A stretch of 64,000 nt of DNA from positions 2,170,001-2,234,000 of the forward strand of contig JAYWIR010000030.1 of assembly GCA_036172245.1 (NCBI GenBank). Direction: 5' to 3'. Positions 13,518 through 25,500 of the stretch are shown here, one piece after another. Position 1 is the first letter of the stretch, and the number at the start of each line of letters is the position of its first letter. A model generated the notes under the pieces. That model was not told the DNA's origin. It did no database searches and saw only the letters and a program-made list of their open reading frames with translations. The DNA is from Raillietiella orientalis (Eukaryota). The translations under genes and the position numbers were made by a program.

Positions 13518-16500
13518 TATGAATTATAAACAAATAATGTATAACATAAAACTAATCACATAATTTCTCTAAAAGATGAATTGCGATAACAGATTTTAAC
13601 TTTCTTTTGTGTTACAGTCCAAACCATTTACGAAGATAAGCCTTCCTGTACAAATGATATTCAGTGCTCACCAGATGAAGCATGCATTTCGGGCATATGT
13701 AAGGATCCATGTTCATGTGGATCAAATGCCAAATGTACAGTGGTCAAACATCGACCCATATGCAGCTGTCTACAGGGATTCACAGGAAACCCCCACATAG
13801 AGTGCAGAGAAGGTAATTCATTTCTTACATGATTTTCACATTCCTATATTAAATTACATACAAAAAAATCAAATGAACCCTATGGATTCACTGCATGATG
13901 TTCTTCGTCTAGACTTTAATTTATAATCAACAAAATACACGTAACTCCATATACCAATTTCAGTTGGATGCATCTCGGATTCTCAGTGTACAGCACAAGA
14001 ACTTTGCTACCTACAAAACTGCGTCAATCCCTGTAGCATTCGCAATCCATGTGCCATCAATGCCAAGTGCATTCCCGTTAATCATCAAGCAAGCTGCGAA
14101 TGTCCACAGGGCATGAAAGGAGATCCACACAGTAGATGTATTACAGAAGGATGCCATAACGACAAAGAATGCCCTTCAGAGAATACATGTTTTTTCAATC
14201 AGTGTGTAAACCCATGCCTATATAGTAATCCTTGCGCCCCAAATGCAATCTGCTCCACTGTTAATCATCTTATAAAATGCGATTGTTTACCTTCATCAAC
14301 CGGGGATCCGTATATTCTCTGCAAGACAGCATATGATTCACAATGCAACAACGACTACAATTGTAGTCGGGGATTGGCATGTATCGATCAGCAGTGTATT
14401 GATCCTTGTGCACAAGTGCAACCATGCACAGGAGCATCAAGATGCCAATTAATGGAAACAGTACCTGTAAAAACCATGATTTGCGCATGCCCAACAGGAT
14501 ACACTCAAAACGAAAAACAACAGTGTGAACCAGGTAAACAACAAATCATACATTAGACATTCTACTCCAAAACCAACTCCCACCATTACAGCAACTTAAC
14601 ACGAAACACCACTATCATTAGTATATATCACATTAATCTAAGATTCACTCACCTTTTCCACAGTACAACTACCCAAACAAGAATACGGATGCCAAGTGGA
14701 CAGCGAATGCACTACAAGACAAGCATGCATTAACCGAGACTGCAGGGACCCGTGCAACTGCGGCCTCAACGCGGAGTGCACGGTGGTCAACCACCGTCCC
14801 CTGTGCCGCTGTCCACCCGGATTCGAAGGCAGCCCGCACGTGTCGTGCGTGGAATGTAGGTTCTCTGCTGTGTGCAGCGGCTTGGTATCAGCTGAGAATG
14901 TCGATTTGCAGCGGGCTGCCAGTCGGATGGAGACTGCTCTCCGTCTCAGACGTGCTTCAACCGGAACTGCGTGAACCCTTGCCTGCTGCGCAACCCGTGC
15001 GCCATCAACGCGCAGTGCGGTCCCCAGAACCACAAGGCTTCTTGTCGTTGTCCGCCCGGCACGAGGGGCGATGGATACTCGCGCTGCCTGCCGGAAGGGT
15101 GTTCTTCCGATCGGGAGTGCCCTTCGTCCCAGATGCAGCACCGCCAGTGCGTGGGACCCAAACACCGCAGTAGGCGCGCCGAACGCGAATCCGTCCCGAA
15201 CAACCATCGTGCTCTGTGCTTCTGCCCAGCACCGTTGACGGGCGAGCCCTCACGTCATCTGCCAGCTGGAGCGCCAGCGGATTGCATTGAGGGGACGCGG
15301 ACTGCCCTTCTAAGCTGTCCTGTTTGGAAGGGAATGTTGACCGTGTTTGCTCTGAGCCCGCTGCACCATACCTGTCTAGGTGCGAGGTGCTGGACACGTT
15401 GCCTGTGCGGTCCATGACTTGCGTTTGTCCTCCTGGTTACGTGCTGTCCGGCAGCGATCGCTGCGAACCCGGTAAGAAGGGCATTGTGTGATGGGTACGG
15501 GAATGGCGGCATGGTGTCTGGACATCGCTTGGATTTGCAGCGCCCTTGCGAGGTCCTGTCGCTCGCGTGGCGATCCCCCGTCGGCTGCGAAGCGGAGGCG
15601 CCTTCGCCTGCCTCTTGGTGTGCTGAGAGCGGAATCGGGTTTGTGTGTGTGAAGGTGCGGTGGAGCTGGCTTACCAGCTCCGCTGGCGGGGTAAGGGCTT
15701 CCTCACTCTCGGCCCGTGTCCGAAGCTGTGCTAAGACTCTGGTCTTTGAGCGGGCGCTTGGTTTCCCGGTGGGATGTCGCGGCCGTGGTGAAACTCGGCA
15801 GCGCTGCTGCGCCTCCGTTGTTGTGTGCGACGGCTTCCTGATTCTTGCCACCGGTCTGCCTGCTCACCGCGTGGACGAGCGGTCGGGGTGTTCGGTGCTG
15901 GCGATGCTGCTGCCGAGCGACCGTGGCTTTCTGCGTCTGGGTTGCCCACGCGGGCTCGCCGTCCCGGCTCTTCGTACCGTCCAGGGACTTCTCGTCGTGT
16001 TCGTTTCTGCTATTCCTGAATTCTTTCCTCGTTTGTGTGTCTGTTTTCCGTTTTGTTTTGCTAGCTCAGCGTGAGGTCTCCTTGTCACGCCACGTGCTTG
16101 CGAAGGCTTGCTGTGTGGGCGGCGCGAGGGGGATAGCGGGGCATGGGATGGGCGACGGGCGAGTGTGCGCTGCGTGCGCGACTGTGTGTTTCTGCTGAGC
16201 GTGCGCGCTCGATTTGTGGGGTCTGTGCGCCCTGCTGATGGCTGATGGCTTTCTTAGTGCCACCACCGCAAGGCGAGGTGGGCTGCAAGGACGATCAGGA
16301 GTGTCCTTCGAACCAGGCCTGCATCAGCCGAGACTGCAGGGACCCGTGCAACTGCGGCCTCAACGCGGAGTGCACGGTGGTCAACCACCGTCCCCTGTGC
16401 CGCTGTCCACCCGGATTCGAAGGCAGCCCGCACGTGTCGTGCGTGGAATGTAGGTTCTCTGCTGTGTGCAGCGGCTTGGTATCAGCTGAGAATGTCGATT

Positions 16501-19500
16501 TGCAGCGGGCTGCCAGTCGGATGGAGACTGCTCTCCGTCTCAGACGTGCTTCACCCGGAACTGCGTGAACCCTTGCCTGCTGCGCAACCCGTGCGCCATC
16601 AACGCGCAGTGCGTTCCCCAGAACCACAAGGCTTCTTGTCGTTGTCCGCCCGGCACGAGGGGTGATGGATACCGCGCTGCCCGCCGGAAGGGTGTTCTTT
16701 CCGACTGGGAGTACTTCGTCCCAGATGTGCAGCAACCGCCAGTGTGCGGACCCGTGCCTGCTCCTTCGCAGCAGTGCGCGCCGAACGCGAACTGCGGCCC
16801 GGGACAACCATCAAAAAAAAAAGCCCAAAGCTTCGCCCACACCTCGTTGACGGGCGACCTCGTCATTCGCCAGCTGAGTGCCAGCGGGATTGCACGAGGG
16901 ACGCGGACTGCCCTTCGAAGCTGTCCTGTTTGGAAGGGGAATGTTTGGACCCGTGCTCTGCTCTGAGCCCGTGCACCGGCCTTGTCTAGGCAGGTGTGCT
17001 GCACGTGCTTCGTTCGTGCGGTCCATGACTTGCGTTTTCTGTCCTCCTGGTTACGTGCTGTCCGCAGCGATCGCTGCGAACCCGGTAAGAAGGGCATTGT
17101 GTGATGGGTACGGGAATGGCGGCATGGTGTCTGGACATCGCTTGGATTTGCAGCGCCCTTGCGAGGTCCTGTCGCTCGCGTGGCGATCCCCCGTCGGCTG
17201 CGAAGCGGAGGCGCCTTCGCCTGCCTCTTGGTGTGCTGGGAGCGGAATCGGGTTTGTGTGTGTGAAGGTGCGGTGGAGCTGGCTTACCAGCTCCGCTGGC
17301 GGGGTAAGGGCTTCCTCACTCTCGGCCCGCGTCCGAAGCTGTGCTAAGACTCTGGTCGTTGAGCGGGCGCTTGGTTTCCCGGTGGGATGTCGCGGCCGTG
17401 GTGAAACTCGGCAGCGCTGCTGCGCCTCCGTTGTTGTGTGCGACGGCTTCCTGATTCTTGCCAGCACGCCGTGGTCTGCTCGCTCACTGCGTGGACGAGC
17501 GGTCGGGGTGTTCGGTGCTGGCGATGCTGCTGCCGAGCGACCGTGGCGTTTCTGCGCCTGGGTTGCCCACGCGGGTTCGCTGTCCTGGCTCTTCGTACCG
17601 TCCAGGACTTCGCCGTTCGTTTCTGCTGCTTCCGGAATCTCTTCCTCGTTTGTGTGTCTCCAGTCCGTTTTGTTTCACAGCCCAACCCACGGTCTCCTCG
17701 TCACGCCACGTGCTTGCGAAGGCTTGCTGTGTGGGCGGCGCGAGGGGGATAGCGGGGCATGGGATGGGCGACGGGCGAGTGTGCGCTGCGTGCGCGACGG
17801 TGTGTTTCTGCTGAGCGTGCGCGCTCGATTTGTGGGGTCTGTGCGCCCTGCTGATGGCTGATGGCTTTCTTAGTGCCACCACCGCAAGGCGAGGCCGCGG
17901 AGGACGATCAGGAGGTCCTTCGAACCAGGCCTGCATCAAAGCCGAGACCGCAGGGATCTGCACCGGGTGGCCTCAACGCGGAGTGCACGGTGGTCAACCA
18001 CCGTCCCCTGTGCCGCTGTCCACCCGGATTCGAAGGCAGCCCGCACGTGTCGTGCGTGGAATGGTGGTTCTCTGCCGTGCGTGCAGCATTTCTGGTATCG
18101 GCTGAACGTCGATTTGCAGCGGGCTGCCAGTCGGATGGAGACCGCTCTCCGTCTCAGACGTGCTTCAACCGGAACTGCGTGAACCCTTGCCTGCTGCGCA
18201 ACCCGTGCGCCATCAACGCGCAGTGCGTTCCCCAGAACCACAAGGCTTCTTGTCGTTGTCCGCCCGGCACGAGGGGCGATGGATACTCGCGCTGCCTGCC
18301 GGAAGGGTGTTCTTCCGATCGGGAGTGCCCTTCGTCCCAGATGTGCAGCAACCGCCAGTGCGTGGACCCGTGCCTGTTCTCGCAGCAGTGCGCGCCGAAC
18401 GCGAACTGCGTCCCGAACAACCATCGTGCCCAGTGCTTCTGCCCAGCACCGTTGACGGGCGACCCTCACGTCATCTGCCAGCTGGAGCGCCAGCGGGATT
18501 GCACGGATGACGCGGACTGCCCTTCGAAGCTGTCCTGTTTGGAAGGGGAATGTTTGGACCCGTGCTCTGCTCTGAGCCCGTGCACCGGCCCGTTCAGGGT
18601 GCGAGGTGCTGGACACGCTGCCTGTGCGGTCCATGACTTGCATTGAGTCCTCCTGGTTACGGCTGTCCGGCAGCGATCGCTGCGAACCCGGTAAGAAGGG
18701 CATTGTGTGATGGGTACGGGAATGGCGGCATGGTGTCTGGACATCGCTTGCATTTGCAGCGCCCTTGCGAGGTCCTGTCGCTCGCGTGGCGATCCCCCGT
18801 CGGCTGCGAAGCGGAGGCGCCTTCGCCTGCCTCTTGGTGTGCTGAGAGCGGAATCGGGTTTGTGTGTGTGAAGGTGCGGTGGAGCTGGCTTACCAGCTCC
18901 GCTGGCGGGGTAAGGGCTTCCTCACTCTCGGCCCGCGTCCGAAGCTGTGCTAAGACTCTGGTCTTTGAGTGGGCGCTTGGTTTCCCGGTGGGATGTCGCG
19001 GCCGTGGTGAAACTCGGCAGCGCTGCTGCGCCTCCGTTGTTGTGTGCGACGGCTTCCTGATTCTTGCCAGCACGCCGTGGTCTGCTCGCTCACTGCGTGG
19101 ACGAGCGGTCGGGGTGTTCGGTGCTGGCGATGCTGCTGCCGATGACCGTGGCGTTTCTGCGCCGGGGTTGCCACGCGGGCTCGCTGTCCGTCTTCGTACC
19201 GTCCAGGACTTCTCGTCGTCTGCTTCTGCTTGCTTCCGGAATTCTTCTCGTTTGTGTGTCTGTTTTCCGTTTTGTTTTGGTTAGCTCTGCCGCGAGGTTC
19301 CCGTCGCCGCCACGTGCTTGGCAGCCGCTGCTGTGTGGCGGCGCGAGGATAGCGGGGCATGGGATGGGCGGGATGGCGAGCGGCGCTGCGTGCGCGACCG
19401 TGTGTTTCTGCCGAGCGTGCGCGCTCGATTTGTGGGGTCTGTGCGCCCCGTTGATGGCTGATGTTGGATGGGGCCACCACTGCAAGGCGAGGTGGGCTGC

Positions 19501-22500
19501 AAGGACGACCAGAGTGTCCTTCGAACCAGGCCTGCATCAGCCGAGACTGCAGGGACCCGTGCAACTGCGGCCTCAACGCGGAGTGCACGGTGGTCAACCA
19601 CCGTCCCCTGTGCCGCTGTCCACCCGGATTCGAAGGCAGCCCGCACGTGTCGTGCGTGGAATGTAGGTTCTCTGCTGTGTGCAGCGGCTTGGTATCAGCT
19701 GAGAATGTCGATTTGCAGCGGGCTGCCAGTCGGATGGAGACTGCTCTCCGTCTCAGACGTGCTTCAACCGGAACTGCGTGAACCCTTGCCTGCTGCGCAA
19801 CCCGTGCGCCATCAACGCGCAGTGCGTTCCCCAGAACCACAAGGCTTCTTGTCGTTGTCCGCCCGGCACGAGGGGCGATGGATACTCGCGCTGCCTACCG
19901 GAAGGGTGTTCTTCCGATCGGGAGTGCCCTTCGTCCCAGATGTGCAGCAACCGCCAGTGCGTGGACCCGTGCCTGTTCTCGCAGCAGTGCGCGCCGAACG
20001 CGAACTGCGTCCCGAACAACCATCGTGCCCAGTGCTTCGGCCCAGCACCGTTGACGGGCGACCCTCACGTCATCTGCCAGCTGGAGCGCCAGCGGGATTG
20101 CACGGAGGACGCGGACTGCCCTTCGAAGCTGTCCTGTTTGAAGGGGAATGTTTGGACCCGTGCTCTGCTCTGTTTCTCCGCACTGCGGGCCCTGTCTAGG
20201 TGCGAGGTGAAGTGACAGCCCGTGCGGTCCATGACTTGCGTCATCCTCTGAGCTGGGGTCATTCAAGAAGGATCGCCGCGTGAACCCGGTAAGAAGGGCA
20301 TTGTGTGATGGGTACGGGAATGGCGGCATGGTGTCTGGACATCGCTTGACGGTGCCTGCGAGGTCCTGTCGCTTCGCGGCGATCCCCCGTCGGCTGCGAA
20401 GCGGAGGCGCCCCTCTGCCTGCTCTTGTGCTGGGAGCTGTGGAATCGGGTTTGTGTGAAGGTACGGTGGAGCGGGTTTACTAGGCCCGCTGGCGGGGTAA
20501 GGGCTCTCCTCGGCCTGCATCCGAAGCTGTGCTAAGACTCTGGTCTTTGAGCGGGCGCTTGGTTTCCCGGTGGGATGTCGCGGCCGTGGTGAAACTCGGC
20601 AGCGCTGCTGCGCCTCCGTTGTTGTGTGCGACGGCTTCCTGATTCTTGCCAGCACGCCGTGGTCTGCTCGCTCACTGCGTGGACGAGCGGTCGGGGTGTT
20701 CGGTGCTGGCGATGCTGCTGCCGAGCGACCGTGGCGTTTCTGCGCCTGGGTTGCCCACGCGGGTTCGCTGTCCTGGCTCTTCGTACCGTCCAGGACTTCT
20801 CGTCGTGTTCGTTTCTGCTGCTTCCGGAATTCTTTCCTCGTTTGTGTGTCTGTTTTCCGTTTTGTTTTGCTAGCTCGCTGCGAGGTCTCCTTGTCACGCC
20901 ACGTGCTTGCGAAGGCTTGCTGTGTGGGCGGCGCGAGGGGGATAGCGGGGCATGGGATGGGCGACGGGCGAGTGTGCGCTGCGTGCGCGACTGTGTGTTT
21001 CTGCTGAGCGTGCGCGCTCGATTTGTGGGGTCTGTGCGCCCTGCTGATGGCTGATGGCTTTCTTAGTGCCACCACCGCAAGGCGAGGTGGGCTGCAAGGA
21101 CGATCAGGAGTGTCCTTCGAACCAGGCCTGCATCAGCCGAGACCGTAGGACCCGCAACTGCGGCTCAACGCGGGAGTGCACGGTGGTCAACCAACGTCCC
21201 CTGTGCCGCTGTCCACCCGGACGGAAGGCAGCCCGCACGTGTCGTGCGTGGAATGTAGGTTCTCTGCTGTGTGCAGCGGCTTGGTATCAGCTGAGAATGT
21301 CGATTTGCAGCGGGCTGCCAGTCGGATGGAGACTGCTCTCCGTCTCAGACGTGCTTCAACCGGAACTGCGTGAACCCTTGCCTGCTGCGCAACCCGTGCG
21401 CCATCAACGCGCAGTGCGTTCCCCAGAACCACAAGGCTTCTTGTCGTTGTCCGCCCGGCACGAGGGGCGATGGATACTCGCGCTGCCTGCCGGAAGGGTG
21501 TTCTTCCGATCGGGAGTGCCCTTCGTCCCAGATGTGCAGCAACCGCCAGTGCGTGGACCCGTGCCTGTTCTCGCAGCAGTGCGCGCCGAACGCGAACTGC
21601 GTCCCGAACAACCATCGTGCCCAGTGCTTCTGCCCAGCACCGTTGACGGGCGACCCTCACGTCATCTGCCAGCTGGAGCGCCAGCGGGATTGCACGGAGG
21701 ACGCGGACTGCCCTTCGAAGCTGTCCTGTTTGGAAGGGGAATGTTTGGACCCGTGCTCTGCTCTGAGCCCGTGCACCGGCCTGTCTAGGTGCGAGGTGCT
21801 GGACACGTTGCCTGGGGTATCCATGACTCTGCGTTTGTCCTCCTGGTTACGTGCTGTCCGGCAGCGATCGCTGCGAACCCGCAGTAAGAAGGGCATTGTG
21901 TGATGGGTACGGGAATGGCGTACGGTGTCCGGACATCGCTTGATTTGCAGCGCCTGCGAGGTCCTGCTCGCGTGGCGATCCCCTGTCGTCGGTGAAGGAG
22001 GCGCCTGCCTGCCTCGGCAGTGCTGAGAGCGGAATCGGGTTTGTGTGTGTGAAGGTGCGGTGGAGCTGGCTTACCAGCTCCGCTGGCGGGGTAAGGGCTT
22101 CCTCACTCTCGGCCCGCGTCCGAAGCTGTGCTAAGACTCTGGTCGTTGAGCGGGCGCTTGGTTTCCCGGTGGGATGTCGCGGCCGTGGTGAAACTCGGCA
22201 GCGCTGCTGCGCCTCCGTTGTTGTGTGCGACGGCTTCCTGATTCTTGCCAGCACGCCGTGGTCTGCTCGCTCACTGCGTGGACGAGCGGTCGGGGTGTTC
22301 GGTGCTGGCGATGCTGCTGCCGAGCGACCGTGGCGTTTCTGCTCCTGGGTTGCCCACGCGGGTTCGCTGTCCTGGCTCTTCGTACCGTCCAGGACTTCTC
22401 GTCGTGTTCGTTTCTGCTGCTTCCGGAATTCTTTCCTCGTTTGTGTGTCTGTTTTCCGTTTTGTTTTGCTAGCTCGCTGCGAGGTCTCCTTGTCACGCCA

Positions 22501-25500
22501 CGTGCTTGCGAAGGCTTGCTGTGTGGGCGGCGCGAGGGGGATAGCGGGGCATGGGATGGGCGACGGGCGAGTGTGCGCTGCGTGCGCGACTGTGTGTTTC
22601 TGCTGAGCGTGCGCGCTCGATTTGTGGGGTCTGTGCGCCCTGCTGATGGCTGATGGCTTTCTTAGTGCCACCACCGCAAGGCGAGGTGGGCTGCAAGGAC
22701 GATCAGGAGTGTCCTTCGAACCAGGCCTGCATCAGCCGAGACTGCAGGGACCCGTGCAACTGCGGCCTCAACGCGGAGTGCATCGCGGTCAACCACCGTC
22801 CCCAAGGTGCCGCTGTCCACCCGGATTCGAAGGCAGGCCCGCACGTGTCGTGCGTGGAATGTAGGTTCTCTGCTGTGTGCAGCGGCTTGGTATCAGCTGA
22901 GGAACGTCGATTTGCAGCGGGCTGCCAGTCGGATGGAGACTGCCTCCGTCTCCAGACGTGCTTCAACCGGAACTGCGTGAAATCTTCCTTGCCTTCGCTG
23001 CGCAACCCGTGCGCCATCAACGCGCAGTGCGTTCCCCAGAACCACAAGGCTTCTTGTCGTTGTCCGCCCGGCAATGAAAGGAGCGGATACCGCGCTGCCT
23101 GCCGGAAGGGTGTTCTTCCGATCGGAGTGCCCTTCCAGATGTGCAGCAACCGCCAGTGCGTGGACCCGTGCCTGTTCTCGCAGCAGTGCGCGCCGAACGC
23201 GAACTGCGTCCCGAACAACCATCGTGCCCAGTGCTTCTGCCCAGCACCGTTGACGGGCGACCCTCACGTCATCTGCCAGCTGGAGCGCCAGCGGGATTGC
23301 ACGGAGGACGCGGACTGCCCTTCGAAGCTGTCCTGTTTGGAAGGGGAATGTTTGGACCCGTGCTCTGCTCTGAGCCCGTGCACCGGCCTGTCTAGGTGCG
23401 AGGTGCTGGACACGTTGCCTGTGCGGTCCATGACTTGCGTTTGTCCTCCTGGTTACGTGCTGTCCGGCAGCGATCGCTGCGAACCCGGTAAGAAGGGCAT
23501 TGTGTGATGGGTACGGGAATGGCGGCATGGTGTCTGGACATCGCTTGCATTTGCAGCGCCCTTGCGAGGTCCTGTCGCTCGCGTGGCGATCCCCCGTCGG
23601 CTGCGAAGCGGAGGCGCCTTCGCCTGCCTCTTGTTGTGCTGAGAGCGGAATCGGGTTTGTGTGTGTGAAGGTGCGGTGGAGCTGGCTTACCAGCTCCGCT
23701 GGCGGGGTAAGGGCTTCCTCACTCTCGGCCCGTGTCCGAAGCTGTGCTAAGACTCTGGTCTTTGAGCGGGCGCTTGGTTCCCGGTGGAAGGTCGCGGCCG
23801 TGGCGGTCGGCGGCAGCGCCGCTGCGCCTCCACTGCGTCGAAGGATCGCCTTGGTGGCCCTTGCCAGCACGCCGTGGTCTGCTCGCTCAATGCGTGGACG
23901 AGCGGTCGGGGTGTTCGGTGCCGTATGATGCTGCTGCCGAGCGACCGTGGCGTTTCTGCGCCTGGGTTGCCCACGCGGGTTCGCGGTCCTGGCTCTTCGT
24001 ACCGTCCAGGACTTCTCGTCGTGTTCGTTTCTGCTGCTTCCGGAATTCTTTCCTCGTTTGTGTGTCTGTTTTCCGNNNNNNNNNNNNNNNNNNNNNNNNN
24101 NNNNNNNNNNNNNNNNNNNNNNNNNNNNNNNNNNNNNNNNNNNNNNNNNNNNNNNNNNNNNNNNNNNNNNNCAGCGCTGCTGCGCCTCCGTTGTTGTGGG
24201 CGACGGCTTCCTGATCCTTGCCAGGCCACCGGTTTGTTCTCTTTTAGTCTGTAAGTGAGCAGTCAGGTTGTTGGGTGTTGTTTGATAATTTTTTCAGGGG
24301 CCATCTCTTTTCAGTTTGAGGTTTGTCACTCGTAAGGTTCAGTTTTTGGTACGCGAATCTATGGAGATTTTCAAACACTTTTTCGACTTTTATACGTGCT
24401 TTGACGGTTCATTTGTTCCTGTGTGTGTTACGTGTTTGGTTTGTGATTCTTCGTTTCTTTATTTTTGATCTCTTTTTCTTTTTTAATTTTGTTCGATTTG
24501 CTGTTTTGTTTGGCTTCTTCTGTGGTGGTTGTTCTCGTTTGTGTGGATTTGGAATAGATTGTATATTTTTTTATTTGAGGATTTTGAGTTTATTTGTTTA
24601 TTACTATTTGTTTTTGTCTTTTGTTTTTAGTTTCCAAGGAAGACGATGGATTCTGTAAATCTGATTCGGGATGTGCCTCAAACTTAGCTTGTGTTAACAG
24701 TGTGTGTCTTGATCCCTGTAATTGCGGTTCAAATGCTGTTTGTTCTGTTGCCAGTCATCGCCCATCCTGCACTTGTCCTTTGAATTCTTTTGGTAATCCT
24801 TTGATTTCTTGTTTTAAAGGTTAGTTTTTGTTATTTTTTGATTGTTTTTTTACCTATTTGTTTTTTAAGGTGACTGTGTTTCTGATAATGATTGTCCAAT
24901 TTCTGAAGTGTGTAGGAAGTTCCATTGCCATAATGTTTGTTCAGTATTCAATCCTTGTGCCATTAATGCAATGTGTATACCTCACAATCATAGAGCCACT
25001 TGTGAGTGCCCTGCTGGAATGAAGGGTGACCCATTTAAGCACTGTATCCCCTCTGGTTGTCGTTCAAAGCTGGAGTGCCCTCTGTTGGAGATTTGTGTCA
25101 ATGGGCGATGTGTTAACCCTTGTCTTTTTGAAAACAGATGTGCTGTAAATGCTGAATGCATCCCTAGTCGTCATGATTCTGTTTGCTTTTGTCCGGCTCC
25201 TTTGATTGGAGACCCGTATAAGCTATGTGCTTTTGAAAAGCAATTTGAATGTTCTGTGGATTCTGATTGTGGAAAGGGACTTGTTTGTTTGGATCATGTT
25301 TGTAAGAATCCGTGCTTATCTTCACAGCCTTGTGGAGGATTGGGAAGGTGTTCCGTAGTGGATACTCACCCTGTGAAGTCAATGGTGTGCTCATGTCCAT
25401 CTGGATATGTTCTTGCTGATGGCAACATCTGTCAACCTGGTAATGTTTGTTTTTTTGAGGGGGGATTGTTTTTTTTTGGTTTGCAGGTTGATTTGTTTTT

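Noticed and set aside
14734..24230. Horizontal transfer or contamination as the source of the GC-rich block
   Set aside because: It encodes the same module with the same intron positions as its neighbours, joins in frame mid-exon, and aligns to the AT-rich downstream intron.
14638..24258. Many long overlapping ORFs on both strands in the array (e.g. 16878-17861, 22893-23870)
   Set aside because: Expected from high GC (few stop codons) and repetition. Only the spliced EGF/DPY frame resembles a protein.
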